Source: a virus
Strand: one strand, 5' to 3'
DNA length: 64,000 nt
IMG/VR virus record: IMGVR_UViG_3300020470_001965
This document shows, piece after piece, positions 19,522 to 29,689 of the stretch. The notes beneath the pieces were generated by a model. That model saw nothing but the letters and a program-made list of their open reading frames with translations. It had not been told where the DNA came from and ran no database searches. Position 1 is the first letter of the stretch, and every line of letters begins with the position of its first letter. The position numbers and the translations under genes were made by a program.

Positions 19522-20958
19522 ATGAAGGTTGTTATTGTTGGTGGCGGTAGTGCTGGATGGATGTCCGCATGTACCCTCATTAAAGCATTTCCTGATTGGG
19601 ATATTACTCTCTACGAGTCTCCCAATGTACCATCTGTTGGGGTAGGAGAATCTACAACACAATTCTTTAGACTGTGGACTCACTTCCTTGGATTAAAGGA
19701 TTCGGAGTGGATGCCGTCTTGTGATGCCACGTATAAGTGTAGTGTAAGGTTCCACAATTTTCACAAACAAAACGACACGCCTTGGCAGTATCCATTTGGA
19801 TTGCCAAGGCAATCTATTTGCAACCCAGATGAGTGGTTATATTATAGTTCCAAGCAAGGATGGGGTAGAGATAAATTTGCTAGGGACTATTGGTTATCAG
19901 CAGAAGCAATTCACAACAATAAAATACCAGTCGGTCACGTTGGATTTGATTTCAATCGTGAGACTGGTTTTCATTTTGATGCTGTTAAGTTTGCTCATTG
20001 GTTGAGAGATAATTATGCTAAACCAAGAGGTGTTAAGCATAAGGTAGAGCATGTTAATAAATTTAACATGGAGTCTGCTGACCTATACTTTGACTGCACT
20101 GGATTTAGGTCACTATTAAATAATTCACTGTGGGTAGATTATAGTCATTACCTACCAAATAATAGAGCATGGGTAACTAGACTACCATACACTGATAAGA
20201 AGACACAGATTAAAGCAGTAACAGATTGCACTGCATTGTCCTCTGGATGGGTCTGGAACGTCCCAACATGGGATAGAATAGGTACAGGATATAATTTCTG
20301 TAGTAAGTATATTTCAGAGCAGGATGCACTCAATGAGTTCAAAGAATACTTGGGTGTAGACCATGACGATTTCAGGATGATCAGTTATAATACAGGTCGT
20401 AGAAGTGAAATCTGGAATGGTAATGTCATTAGTATCGGATTGTCTGGTGGTTTCATTGAACCATTGGAATCCAATGGTCTATTATCTGTACATGAGTTTC
20501 TATTAAACTTTGTCAGAGTCATGGATACGAGGACACATGTCACTCAATTCATGAGAGATACATTTAATAATCATTGTAACTTTAGTTTCGATGGTTTCTC
20601 ATCATTCGTAGGACTACACTATGCATTGACACAGAGAGATGACTCACCATACTGGAAGGCAGTTAGTGAGATTAGATATCCATTGAAGCAGGGTTTACAT
20701 TATAATATGTTCCAGAATTGTCAGATAACATTCATGGAAGAGTCACACAACCTTGAGAGTAAAATCAACTGGGCATTTGGTGATTCACTATGGTGTGTCA
20801 TGGCAGGTCATGGATGGAATCCATTTACTCAACCTATTTACAATACTATTGCTATGTGGGATACTGAACCACCTGACTATTCTGTACCACCTTGGGAGGG
20901 TATAGATAGTTTACCAACACCTTATGAATATTATATGAGAGGGATGTATGCAAGTTGA
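19522..20958 (+). CDS. Flavin-dependent (tryptophan) halogenase, PrnA-like, copy 1
   Basis: GGGSAG FAD motif, GVGEST, DATYK (catalytic Lys position), DCTGF, GWVWNVP, GFIEPLESNG. Confidence 0.9.
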   Translation: MKVVIVGGGSAGWMSACTLIKAFPDWDITLYESPNVPSVGVGESTTQFFRLWTHFLGLKDSEWMPSCDATYKCSVRFHNFHKQNDTPWQYPFGLPRQSICNPDEWLYYSSKQGWGRDKFARDYWLSAEAIHNNKIPVGHVGFDFNRETGFHFDAVKFAHWLRDNYAKPRGVKHKVEHVNKFNMESADLYFDCTGFRSLLNNSLWVDYSHYLPNNRAWVTRLPYTDKKTQIKAVTDCTALSSGWVWNVPTWDRIGTGYNFCSKYISEQDALNEFKEYLGVDHDDFRMISYNTGRRSEIWNGNVISIGLSGGFIEPLESNGLLSVHEFLLNFVRVMDTRTHVTQFMRDTFNNHCNFSFDGFSSFVGLHYALTQRDDSPYWKAVSEIRYPLKQGLHYNMFQNCQITFMEESHNLESKINWAFGDSLWCVMAGHGWNPFTQPIYNTIAMWDTEPPDYSVPPWEGIDSLPTPYEYYMRGMYAS

Positions 20959-22549
20959 ATCTATTACTATTGTCGGTGGTGGATCATCAGGATGGATGAC
21001 AGCAGCACTGTTATCTAAAGTATTCCCAGACATGCAGATTGCTCTGATAGAATCAGAGAAAGTTAAGAGGATAGGTGTAGGTGAGTCAACACTAGGACAT
21101 TTCAACAGGTTCCTTCGTAGGTTGGACCTTAATGATAAGGACTGGATGCCTAAGTGTAATGCCACCTATAAGACATCTATTGCATTTAAGAATTGGAGAG
21201 ATGGTAGGAATGAGAGGTTCCAATATCCATTTGGTAACTTTGATTTGTTCAATGACTATAAAGGGACACCAGTAACATTCTTTGAGTTACAGTCTGTCTA
21301 TGGTGATAAATTATATCCTAATGATGAGTTTGCAAGGTATGTTAATCATCAGACATTCTTAGCAGAGAATTGTAGGTTACCTATGCCTGATGAGCAGAAT
21401 AATAGGAAGGTAGGTAATTTTGTATTTGATGATGACACAGCATATCATTTTGATGCTGACCTATTTGGTGAGTATCTCAGAGATGAGATAGCACTACCTA
21501 ATGGTGTGGTACACATCAAGGGTGATGTTGAGCAGGTAATGAAGAGACCTGATGGTTCTATATCAGCAGTAGTAACACAAGAAGGTGCAGCAGTACAATC
21601 TGATTTGTATGTTGATTGCACAGGGTTTAAATCTCTATTACTTGAGCAGCACATGGGTGTGCCGTTTAAATCATTTAAAGATAAACTATTTAATGACAGA
21701 GCAATAGCAACACAGATAGATTATACTGATATCAATAGTCAGTTACAGAACTATACTGACTGTGTAGCACATGATAATGGTTGGTGTTGGAATATACCAT
21801 TGTGGAATAGAGTTGGTGCTGGTTATGTATACTCTAGTGACTATCTTGATGACCAGCAAGCACTGCTAGAATTCAAGAGATATTTAAGTGACCGTTATTC
21901 GCCTGAAAATGTCCAGAAATGCCAGTTCAAACCCATTAAGATGAGGCATGGTAAGCATGAGAAGGCATGGTGTAAGAATGTTATTGGTATTGGTCTAGCA
22001 TATGGTTTCTTAGAACCATTAGAGTCTACTGGATTGATGACCACACATGAGTCTGCTATACTATTAGCAGATGGATTAGCAAGGAGACATGGATTTATAT
22101 CAAAGGTTGATATAGATACATTTAATTTCGTGACAAATAATATGATGGAGGCAATGAAGAATTTCATTGTTATGCACTATACATTGTCACAACGTACCGA
22201 TACAAAGTATTGGAGAGATTGTCTTGATGTTGAAATGGATGACGGTGGACATCTATGTGAATCTGATAGAATAGCAATGAAACTGGTCTGGGCAATCCTA
22301 GATAGTCTTGACGGTGGAGCATTCCAGAATTCTGGATACACTGGACAGATGTATATTGCTGCTGGTATGGGTTGGAGACCTATTACTGAGGGATTATATA
22401 AAGAACGTGCCTCATTCTCTGGTAGTTCTAATCATCCAGATTTAGATGAGTGTCACGATATGTGGCAGAAAGATAAGAAGAGTATTATGGAGTGGGTCAA
22501 CAGACAACCAACGCATTATGAATATCTTAAAAAATATATTTACAACTAA
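20948..22549 (+). CDS. Flavin-dependent (tryptophan) halogenase, PrnA-like, copy 2
   Basis: GGGSSG, GVGEST, NATYK, DCTGF, GWCWNIP, GFLEPLESTG. Confidence 0.9.
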   Translation: MQVESITIVGGGSSGWMTAALLSKVFPDMQIALIESEKVKRIGVGESTLGHFNRFLRRLDLNDKDWMPKCNATYKTSIAFKNWRDGRNERFQYPFGNFDLFNDYKGTPVTFFELQSVYGDKLYPNDEFARYVNHQTFLAENCRLPMPDEQNNRKVGNFVFDDDTAYHFDADLFGEYLRDEIALPNGVVHIKGDVEQVMKRPDGSISAVVTQEGAAVQSDLYVDCTGFKSLLLEQHMGVPFKSFKDKLFNDRAIATQIDYTDINSQLQNYTDCVAHDNGWCWNIPLWNRVGAGYVYSSDYLDDQQALLEFKRYLSDRYSPENVQKCQFKPIKMRHGKHEKAWCKNVIGIGLAYGFLEPLESTGLMTTHESAILLADGLARRHGFISKVDIDTFNFVTNNMMEAMKNFIVMHYTLSQRTDTKYWRDCLDVEMDDGGHLCESDRIAMKLVWAILDSLDGGAFQNSGYTGQMYIAAGMGWRPITEGLYKERASFSGSSNHPDLDECHDMWQKDKKSIMEWVNRQPTHYEYLKKYIYN

Positions 22550-23405
22550 AAAACCTTGGGTAAGGTGGTACTCTGTTGATCCAGGTGTCAGTGACTTGCA
22601 TCCTTGGTTTCCTGCACGTAAGTTGCATAGGAAATGGAGGACACAAGCACTAAAGGATCAAGGTGATAGGAATAGTGAAGAGCGTAGGTGTCCTTATCTT
22701 AAAGCATCACGCATGTGGGATAGACTAGCGACTGAGATGAGAGGAGAATCTAAACCTCAACCACAAAATTATACTCATGGGGTCACATGTCCTGCTGTTA
22801 CTAAAGTGATGGACACAGGGTACATTCTGCCCCTTCCTGCCGATATACTCATACAGACAGATGGTAGTGGTGTCAATTTTGAATGGATGTCACAGGCATT
22901 ATTTAATTATGGACAGAATTATGTTAAGGCACATATACCTGACCAGACTACAGGTATGAGAGAGACATTTAATAGACCAGTATTAGATTGGACTATTAAA
23001 TTAGAGTTACCTTGGAGAGTGCAGGCACATAAGGATGTAGTATTCATGCAGATGCCTATACCATACTGGGAGGAGGATAGATTCTCAGTACCTACAGGTA
23101 TTGCTGACCCTTCATACTCTTATGAGATTAATCTACAGTTATTCTGGCATAAGGTTGAGGCAGGTGAGTATCTATTGAAAGCAGGTACACCACTATGTCA
23201 GTGGGTACCCATGCATCGAGATTTCTTGACAATGAAAGATTGGAATGTTATGATAGAGACTGCTAATGATGCAGACCAGGAGAATAATCAAATTATGGAG
23301 TATCAGAGGAGGAAGAACTTTCTCGAAACTAATAACTTGAAAGAGCGTATAGAATTACAGAAGGATATTCTGAAACTAAATAAAAACATCGAGAGGTTTA
23401 ATTAA
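22518..23405 (+). CDS. hypothetical protein of a family often adjacent to phage oxygenases
   Basis: CPAV..VMDTGYILPLPAD...KAGTPLCQWVP; ATG 22518 preferred over track start 22446. Confidence 0.7.
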   Translation: MNILKNIFTTKKPWVRWYSVDPGVSDLHPWFPARKLHRKWRTQALKDQGDRNSEERRCPYLKASRMWDRLATEMRGESKPQPQNYTHGVTCPAVTKVMDTGYILPLPADILIQTDGSGVNFEWMSQALFNYGQNYVKAHIPDQTTGMRETFNRPVLDWTIKLELPWRVQAHKDVVFMQMPIPYWEEDRFSVPTGIADPSYSYEINLQLFWHKVEAGEYLLKAGTPLCQWVPMHRDFLTMKDWNVMIETANDADQENNQIMEYQRRKNFLETNNLKERIELQKDILKLNKNIERFN

Positions 23406-23848
23406 TGGCAGACAATACATCCATAAGGCAGAAGAGTACTACTACTCCTGCTATTGCAAAACAATTGAATGATCCATCTGAGGTTACTGAGGTAGATCTT
23501 AAAGAGATTGCAGGTCTTGAGGTAAAAGAAGAGAAACCATTGGAAGAGGGTCAACTAATTACATTTGATCAACTTACAATGAATTTCTTGCAGCAGCATC
23601 ACGATACTATGGAAGAGTACGTTAAACTGCAAGAGGCATTAGATAATATGCACTATACTAGTACTATTACTAGAATATCATTAGAAGACTTACAAGATAA
23701 GAAAGACCATCTTAATAAGTTGACTGGTGCTATTGAAGCAATGGCATTATATAAGAAGCATGTAGATCCTAACTGCACTGATAGAGATTTCGTATTTAAT
23801 GATGAAGACAACACTCCTGTTCCCGACACCACTGTGGACTCTGAATAA
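23405..23848 (+). CDS. hypothetical protein (coiled-coil)
   Basis: 147 aa, helical central region. Confidence 0.7.
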   Translation: MADNTSIRQKSTTTPAIAKQLNDPSEVTEVDLKEIAGLEVKEEKPLEEGQLITFDQLTMNFLQQHHDTMEEYVKLQEALDNMHYTSTITRISLEDLQDKKDHLNKLTGAIEAMALYKKHVDPNCTDRDFVFNDEDNTPVPDTTVDSE

Positions 23849-24479
23849 AGTAGGTTGTACTAAAGAACCTCTCTTAGAGTTTATCAGACATGTACAGAAG
23901 GAAGACCCCAATGGTCGCATCTCATCTAATGAGGGTGGATGGCAGTCGTGGGACTTCATGGAAGATATATGCGACACTAATCCATTAAAAGAATTAAAAG
24001 ATATCATCATGCGTCATGCTTATGCAGTGTGTGATGAATGGTCATTTAAAGATTATAGTCTTAAGATGACTAACCTATGGATTAATGTGAATAAGAAAGG
24101 AAATTATAATATAGTTCATACACATCCAGGTAGTGTATTATCTGGAGTTTATTATGTTGATCTACCAAAGTGTTGCCATGGTCCTCTTACATTTCTTAAA
24201 CCATTTGAACAGATACACTTGAAGGAAGCATGGGGATGTAATGCAAACTTCAATAGAGCACATCATAATGATTATAATGATGATGAGTTAGATCATTATC
24301 CTGAAGAGGATGACTTGTTATTCTTTCCATCATGGTTGATGCATAGGGTGCATCAGAATAGTAGTGATGAGGATAGGATATCTATATCATTTAATATATC
24401 AGCATACTCACGACATTATTATGGAATTTATCCAAGCGAAGGAAATAGTAACAAAAACGTACCTATCAAGGTTAAATGA
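23799..24479 (+). CDS. 2OG-Fe(II) oxygenase-like (TIGR02466 type)
   Basis: LLFPTP, SNEGGWQS, WINVN...HTHP..LSGVYY, FFPSWLMHRV, RISISFN. Confidence 0.9.
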   Translation: MMKTTLLFPTPLWTLNKVGCTKEPLLEFIRHVQKEDPNGRISSNEGGWQSWDFMEDICDTNPLKELKDIIMRHAYAVCDEWSFKDYSLKMTNLWINVNKKGNYNIVHTHPGSVLSGVYYVDLPKCCHGPLTFLKPFEQIHLKEAWGCNANFNRAHHNDYNDDELDHYPEEDDLLFFPSWLMHRVHQNSSDEDRISISFNISAYSRHYYGIYPSEGNSNKNVPIKVK

Positions 24480-25083
24480 TTTAGTATCAGGTATGAATGG
24501 ATTTCCTTGGTATTTTTTATCAGAGGATGTTGCCATTGATACCACTGGATATAAATTTGGTGGTGATGAGATACTTGAAATACCTGATAGACAGAAATCA
24601 TGTGGTTTCACTCATCTTTTATTAGATCAAGGGGGTGTAGAGAGTCCTTTCTTACCCTATTTTTATGGACTACTTGATAACGTTAAGGACATGTTTGGTG
24701 TACCTGTTGAGATATTTCGTTTAAGATTAGCGTTGCAGTTGAATAATGGTAATGACCATCACAACGCACCACATACTGACAGTGAACAAGACCACTATGC
24801 TGGTCTATTTTATTTTCATGATTCATCTGGTGAAACAGTATTCTTTGATCAGTATGATGATCCCAATAGTGGTACCATAGATGATAGATGGTTGAGAGGT
24901 AGACAGCAGCAATATACTGAGTGGAAGCGTGTAACACCTGAAGCAAATAAGTTTGTATTCTTTAATGGTCACAGATATCATGCTTCATCAAATCCTACTA
25001 CTAATCCTTGGAGGGTAGTATTAAACTTTAATATCAAATCAGATTATGATCTCTTCGCTGCTTACGAAACTAACAACAACTAA
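24421..25083 (+). CDS. 2OG-Fe(II) oxygenase
   Basis: FPWYF, PHTD, GETVFF, HASSNP, RVVLNFN. Confidence 0.85.
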   Translation: MEFIQAKEIVTKTYLSRLNDLVSGMNGFPWYFLSEDVAIDTTGYKFGGDEILEIPDRQKSCGFTHLLLDQGGVESPFLPYFYGLLDNVKDMFGVPVEIFRLRLALQLNNGNDHHNAPHTDSEQDHYAGLFYFHDSSGETVFFDQYDDPNSGTIDDRWLRGRQQQYTEWKRVTPEANKFVFFNGHRYHASSNPTTNPWRVVLNFNIKSDYDLFAAYETNNN

Positions 25084-25768
25084 GCAGTGGCACACTGATG
25101 ACTCTCCACAGTATTGGGAGGGTATAGTTGATAACCCCAGTATATTCTGTAACTGGAAGGATGTAGAGCATTGTATTAATAACCCATGGTTCTATGACCT
25201 GAAGTATGTTAATAAGGATGATAATAGTATCCTAGAGTTTCCACGATTCGGTAGGATATGGTCTGATCCACCATGTGGTGAGCAGAGTATATTAATGGAC
25301 ATGTTTAAGGATGGTCACACCCTTATCATTAATAATGCTGAGTTTATACACAGGAAGAATCAAGAGATACTAGCAGAGGTAGAGAAATACTTCCCAAGAG
25401 TATGGGCAGCGATGCACATATATTGTGGGTGGAGTGCTAGTAGATCATTTAATATACATGAGGACTTAGCACAGAATTTTATATTACAGATAGAGGGTGA
25501 AACCCACTGGATAGTATATAATAATAGAAGCAGTCAACTCATGGGACAAGAGAGGCAGTGTCCCATACCACCTGAGGACATGGATGTAGCACTAGATGTT
25601 ATACTCAAACCAGGTGATATAATATACATACCTGCAAGGACATGGCACTGTGCCAAACCTGCCAGCAAACGCCTGTCAATGAGCATACCCATGCAGGATA
25701 TTATGATTGACATGCCACACATCAGGAGAATAGACAGACAATACTATGAGTTACCTAGAACCTCTTAA
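25046..25768 (+). CDS. JmjC/cupin-type oxygenase
   Basis: SFNIHEDLAQNFILQIEGETHW, LKPGDIIYIPARTWH, RLSMSI. Confidence 0.85.
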   Translation: MISSLLTKLTTTKQWHTDDSPQYWEGIVDNPSIFCNWKDVEHCINNPWFYDLKYVNKDDNSILEFPRFGRIWSDPPCGEQSILMDMFKDGHTLIINNAEFIHRKNQEILAEVEKYFPRVWAAMHIYCGWSASRSFNIHEDLAQNFILQIEGETHWIVYNNRSSQLMGQERQCPIPPEDMDVALDVILKPGDIIYIPARTWHCAKPASKRLSMSIPMQDIMIDMPHIRRIDRQYYELPRTS

Positions 25769-26375
25769 TCCTAATCCATACATCTTTAAGGACTCTTATG
25801 ATTTCAAGTTTGATGATATCAAAGAGAGGGTGGATGAGTATTGTGAGATGGCACATGATATGACTGTGACCAAGAAGTTTGACACATTAGAAATGGATGG
25901 TGGTATCACCACGGTGGTGTGTAGTAATATACATCCACCACATGACTGGGAGCATTTCCATGACTTCAGAGATAATTTCTTATACCCACGTGTCAATGAG
26001 ATATGGGAAAGGTGGCGACTGATGCCATTAGGTAAACATATATCACAAGGGTGGATTAACAGACATCCTAGAGGAGGGTGGACAAAGGAGCACCACCATC
26101 AAAATGTACAGGTAGCAGTCAGTTGTTATCTTAAAGTACCAGAGAATAGTGGTAGATTTATGGTAAAGAATCCATTAGAAGTTCATAAGATGGGTGAACC
26201 ATTAAACTATTATTATTATGATCAAGAGATGGATTATACACCAATAGATGTTAAAACTAATGATGTATTATTCTTTCCAGGTTGGTTGAAACATAAGACT
26301 GAGAAGAGTAATGCAGATGAGAATAGATATATTATGTCACTGAATATAATGGGACGTATGGAGTTTAACCCATGA
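25746..26375 (+). CDS. 2OG-Fe(II) oxygenase-like (TIGR02466 type)
   Basis: WINRH..GWTKEHHH, YLKVPENSG, LFFPGWLKH, RYIMSLN. Confidence 0.85.
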   Translation: MSYLEPLNPNPYIFKDSYDFKFDDIKERVDEYCEMAHDMTVTKKFDTLEMDGGITTVVCSNIHPPHDWEHFHDFRDNFLYPRVNEIWERWRLMPLGKHISQGWINRHPRGGWTKEHHHQNVQVAVSCYLKVPENSGRFMVKNPLEVHKMGEPLNYYYYDQEMDYTPIDVKTNDVLFFPGWLKHKTEKSNADENRYIMSLNIMGRMEFNP

Positions 26376-27085
26376 GTGGAATACAAATATATGATACTAA
26401 ATTAGTATCGTGGGAGATGTTTGAAAAGATAGTACATCTACCCTATACATTTACACGTGTTGATGTTCCACCAACCAATCAACAACCAGAGGTAGAACAT
26501 GCTGGATTATATTGGACGCATCAGTTCTATAATTTCACACCCATTGATGATCCTGAATGGTTTCACAACGTAGGTGTACCAGGCAGTGACGACCCTATTT
26601 ACTTAGATATACTGAATTATTTGGAGCAAGTTTGCCCAAAAATGCCCCCTCGTGCCAACCTCTACGCAGCATATATCAATGTGTTAAGAGAGGGGAATGA
26701 TCCTGGAATCCACGTAGATGCCCCATATTTTTGCCCAGACAACAAAACTGTGCTAGTATACATGAACCCTGCGTGGGATCCACAATGGGGTGGGGAGACT
26801 ATATTTTATAATGATGATTTAGATGCTGTCAGGTTAGTTCAACCTAGACCAGGCAGAGTGGTTATATTTGACGGTAGGATACCCCATACAGGTAGACCAC
26901 CAACACCCAAGTATAAGCACAACAGATACATCCTCTCGTATAAGTATATGGATCCAGCGACACGACAGAAACTATTTACTGACCATGAGATGAATGGAAT
27001 GCCACCAGTGCATGACAGAGGTATCGCAGGGTTTAACCCTGAAACGGTCAAGGAGATATGGGAGTCGTATCGTACCAATAAATAA
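26372..27085 (+). CDS. 2OG-Fe(II) oxygenase (prolyl-4-hydroxylase-like)
   Basis: IHVD, YMNPAWDPQWGGETIF, PRPGRVVIFDGRIPH, RYIL. Confidence 0.9.
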   Translation: MSGIQIYDTKLVSWEMFEKIVHLPYTFTRVDVPPTNQQPEVEHAGLYWTHQFYNFTPIDDPEWFHNVGVPGSDDPIYLDILNYLEQVCPKMPPRANLYAAYINVLREGNDPGIHVDAPYFCPDNKTVLVYMNPAWDPQWGGETIFYNDDLDAVRLVQPRPGRVVIFDGRIPHTGRPPTPKYKHNRYILSYKYMDPATRQKLFTDHEMNGMPPVHDRGIAGFNPETVKEIWESYRTNK

Positions 27086-27111
27086 TACTTTATATCACAA
27101 AAGGGGATGTG

Positions 27112-27282
27112 ATGTCATCAGCACCTATGCCAAGTACCGCACTACTTAACAATCAAGAGAAACATTTATTGAAGAAAGCATTATTTACTTTCGCTAAAAC
27201 TGCCTACACTAATGAAGGCAAACTACCTAAAGATCAGCATGATATAATATATCATATCGCTGAAAAATTACATTTAAGATGA
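27112..27282 (+). CDS. hypothetical protein, 56 aa (not in track)
   Basis: MSSAPMPSTALLNNQEK...; late promoter at 27078; TGA overlaps the next ATG. Confidence 0.6.
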   Translation: MSSAPMPSTALLNNQEKHLLKKALFTFAKTAYTNEGKLPKDQHDIIYHIAEKLHLR

Positions 27283-27905
27283 AACAAACTGGACAAGTAT
27301 TACCACTGTTTAGTCAACCAGTCTACATTGATATGTTTGAACTAACAGACCAAATGGTACGAGATGTTGTTAACACCGAGTATCATTTTCTCAACAATGT
27401 TGAGAACAATGGTGGCATGTCCAAGAATACTCAGTGGTTACAATCACAACCAGAAATTAGAAACATTGCAGAAGAATATCTGTATGTTTATCTCACTCAG
27501 GTGTTAGGAATTAGCATGGAGAGACATACTTTATGTCACCAATCTTCATGGGTTAATATACATCACAAGGGTGATCAAGGTGCTGGTCATTCACATACTA
27601 ACAGTATGTTTAGTGGGGTTATGTATTTTAAAATACCTAAAGATAGTGGTGAGATATTATTTCATGTCCCTGCTATGTTTCCCACTTATGTAACACAAAC
27701 TGTGTTACCTGATATTGTAGAATCTAATATCTATAATATGCGTGAAGCAGTAATAGAACCTGTAGACGGAATGATTATACTATTCCCATCACATTTACCT
27801 CATACTATTAACGTTAATAATAGTGAGGAAAAAAGATATAGTATGGCATTTAATTATTACTTAAAGGGTGCATTCGGTTGGGACGACTGTGCATTAACAC
27901 TATGA
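27279..27905 (+). CDS. 2OG-Fe(II) oxygenase-like (TIGR02466 type)
   Basis: PLFSQP, SWVN...HSHTNSMFSGVMY, LFPSHLPH, RYSMAFN. Confidence 0.9.
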   Translation: MKQTGQVLPLFSQPVYIDMFELTDQMVRDVVNTEYHFLNNVENNGGMSKNTQWLQSQPEIRNIAEEYLYVYLTQVLGISMERHTLCHQSSWVNIHHKGDQGAGHSHTNSMFSGVMYFKIPKDSGEILFHVPAMFPTYVTQTVLPDIVESNIYNMREAVIEPVDGMIILFPSHLPHTINVNNSEEKRYSMAFNYYLKGAFGWDDCALTL

Positions 27906-28240
27906 CTATTCCTATATTCTTAGCGGAGGCAATTCCATTGGAGATAAGAAACATCCTCAAATCTTTAGAGAAAGGTATGAAAGTACGACTGAAATCAGGT
28001 GATGAAGGTGTTATTAACTTCATTGGTGATGAGTATATAACAGTGACTACACATCAATGGGAGAAAGAAGATACATTGCACGGATATCAACAGACAAATG
28101 TATTAGTTTATCCTAGTGAATGGGAAGATATGGAGATAGAAGATGAGCACTTTTATAATAAAAAGAATTATAAAGGTGTTATAAAAGAACATCCTGGTAA
28201 TGAAGATTTACCAACAGATATTACAGGTATTCCAGATTAA
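27902..28240 (+). CDS. hypothetical protein (SH3-like)
   Basis: MTIPIFL...GMKVRL...EGVINFIGDEYITV. Confidence 0.65.
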   Translation: MTIPIFLAEAIPLEIRNILKSLEKGMKVRLKSGDEGVINFIGDEYITVTTHQWEKEDTLHGYQQTNVLVYPSEWEDMEIEDEHFYNKKNYKGVIKEHPGNEDLPTDITGIPD

Positions 28241-28242
28241 CT

Positions 28243-28410
28243 ATGAAAATAACACAAAAGATAATTGATGATTTAACTATTGCTCTAGCACATACTAAGA
28301 AGGATGGTACAGAGAATTGGAAAGATGGTGATGAGATAGATGTCTGTCTAGGTGGGACATTTGCCAATGATAAGTTTATATCTTTAATCAATAGGAGTAA
28401 AGATAAATGA
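28243..28410 (+). CDS. hypothetical protein, 55 aa (not in track)
   Basis: MKITQKIIDDL...; fills the gap and its TGA overlaps the next ATG. Confidence 0.6.
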   Translation: MKITQKIIDDLTIALAHTKKDGTENWKDGDEIDVCLGGTFANDKFISLINRSKDK

Positions 28411-28658
28411 GTGATAAGAAATATGATGAGGAAGGTAATGAACTAGATAAGCATGGATTTAAGGTTCAAGTATATCCTAATGGTCTTGAATCTGTGCGTA
28501 AGAGTGTAGAGAATTGTGTGCAGATGTGTGGATTAGATAAAAGATTGATGGAAGATTTACTCAAAGGTGAGTGGTCAGAATCTACAACATTGAATAGTAT
28601 GGGTAGACAATCACAAAAGATTGTGATAGAGTATAACATTAAGCAGAAAGATGATTGA
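28407..28658 (+). CDS. hypothetical protein
   Basis: 83 aa, tightly packed. Confidence 0.65.
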   Translation: MSDKKYDEEGNELDKHGFKVQVYPNGLESVRKSVENCVQMCGLDKRLMEDLLKGEWSESTTLNSMGRQSQKIVIEYNIKQKDD

Positions 28659-28827
28659 GAAATATATTATACTCTCGTTGTTATATCTGGAGTATATTAC
28701 ACAGAAACTATTATGTTTACCCTATCATCTTTATATTAAAATCAGTAATTGGAATTTTAATAGAAACTTAGACCAAAGAAATCAGGAGTTAGCAGCACAA
28801 ACACCACTAATAATGAAAGATGATTGA
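28651..28827 (+). CDS. hypothetical protein, 58 aa (not in track)
   Basis: MIEKYIILSLLYLEY...; overlaps both neighbours by 8 nt. Confidence 0.5.
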   Translation: MIEKYIILSLLYLEYITQKLLCLPYHLYIKISNWNFNRNLDQRNQELAAQTPLIMKDD

Positions 28828-29617
28828 CACAGTATTATATGGTGATTGTCGTGAGACACTACCACAAATAACAACTAAATGTAGGATGTGTGTAACATCT
28901 CCACCTTATTATGGACTGCGTAATTATAAGTCAAGTGATAAACAAATAGGACTTGAACAATCACCTGAAGAGTATGTTGATGAGTTAGTTGGTGTGTTTA
29001 GATTAGTAAGAAATATACTAACTGATGATGGTACATTATGGGTGAATATTGGTGATAGTTATTATAACTATCGTGGTGGTAAAGGTCAGGCATTACCTAA
29101 TCAATCATTTGGTGGTGATCAAGATTTACCACAGATTAACCCACGTAGAGGTAATAAATTAGAAGGATTAAAAGAGAAAGATCTAATCGGTATCCCTTGG
29201 ATGTTAGCATTTGCATTACGTGCGGATGGTTGGTACTTACGACAAGATATTATATGGAGTAAACCAAACCCCATGCCTGAGAGTGTAAGGGATAGATGTA
29301 CTAAGTCACATGAATATATTTTCTTATTGAGTAAGAATCAGAATTATTATTTTGATGTGGATAGTATAAAAGTACCAACGGTTGATGGTAGACAGTTGAA
29401 ACGTAAGAAATCAGTATGGGAAGTCAAGGTCAAACCTCATAGGTCAACAGGACATCATGCAACATATCCTGAGGAGTTGATAAGACCTGCTATTCAAGCA
29501 GGCAGCGAGGTCAATGACGTTATACTTGATCCCTTCATGGGTAGTGGCACCACTGCTGATGTTGCATGGTCACTAGACAGACATTATATGGGATGTGATT
29601 TAGTGGACAGTTGGTAA
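28820..29617 (+). CDS. DNA amino-methyltransferase, beta class (SPPY, likely m4C)
   Basis: Motif IV TSPPYY near the N-terminus, motif I DPFMGSGTT near the C-terminus; WYLRQDIIWSKPNPMPES. Confidence 0.92.
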   Translation: MIDTVLYGDCRETLPQITTKCRMCVTSPPYYGLRNYKSSDKQIGLEQSPEEYVDELVGVFRLVRNILTDDGTLWVNIGDSYYNYRGGKGQALPNQSFGGDQDLPQINPRRGNKLEGLKEKDLIGIPWMLAFALRADGWYLRQDIIWSKPNPMPESVRDRCTKSHEYIFLLSKNQNYYFDVDSIKVPTVDGRQLKRKKSVWEVKVKPHRSTGHHATYPEELIRPAIQAGSEVNDVILDPFMGSGTTADVAWSLDRHYMGCDLVDSW

Positions 29618-29663
29618 AAGTGTCACAAGGTGTGTTGCGTCCCCATTTTATCTCATGTATATT
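29605..29663 (+). promoter_or_regulatory. Early promoter with upstream GGACAGTT...AAGTGTCAC motif
   Basis: TTGCGT(29635)-N17-TATATT(29658); AAGTG 40 bp before the -10. Confidence 0.7.
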
Positions 29664-29689
29664 AAGAGAGTCAAAAACGACACAGCATT

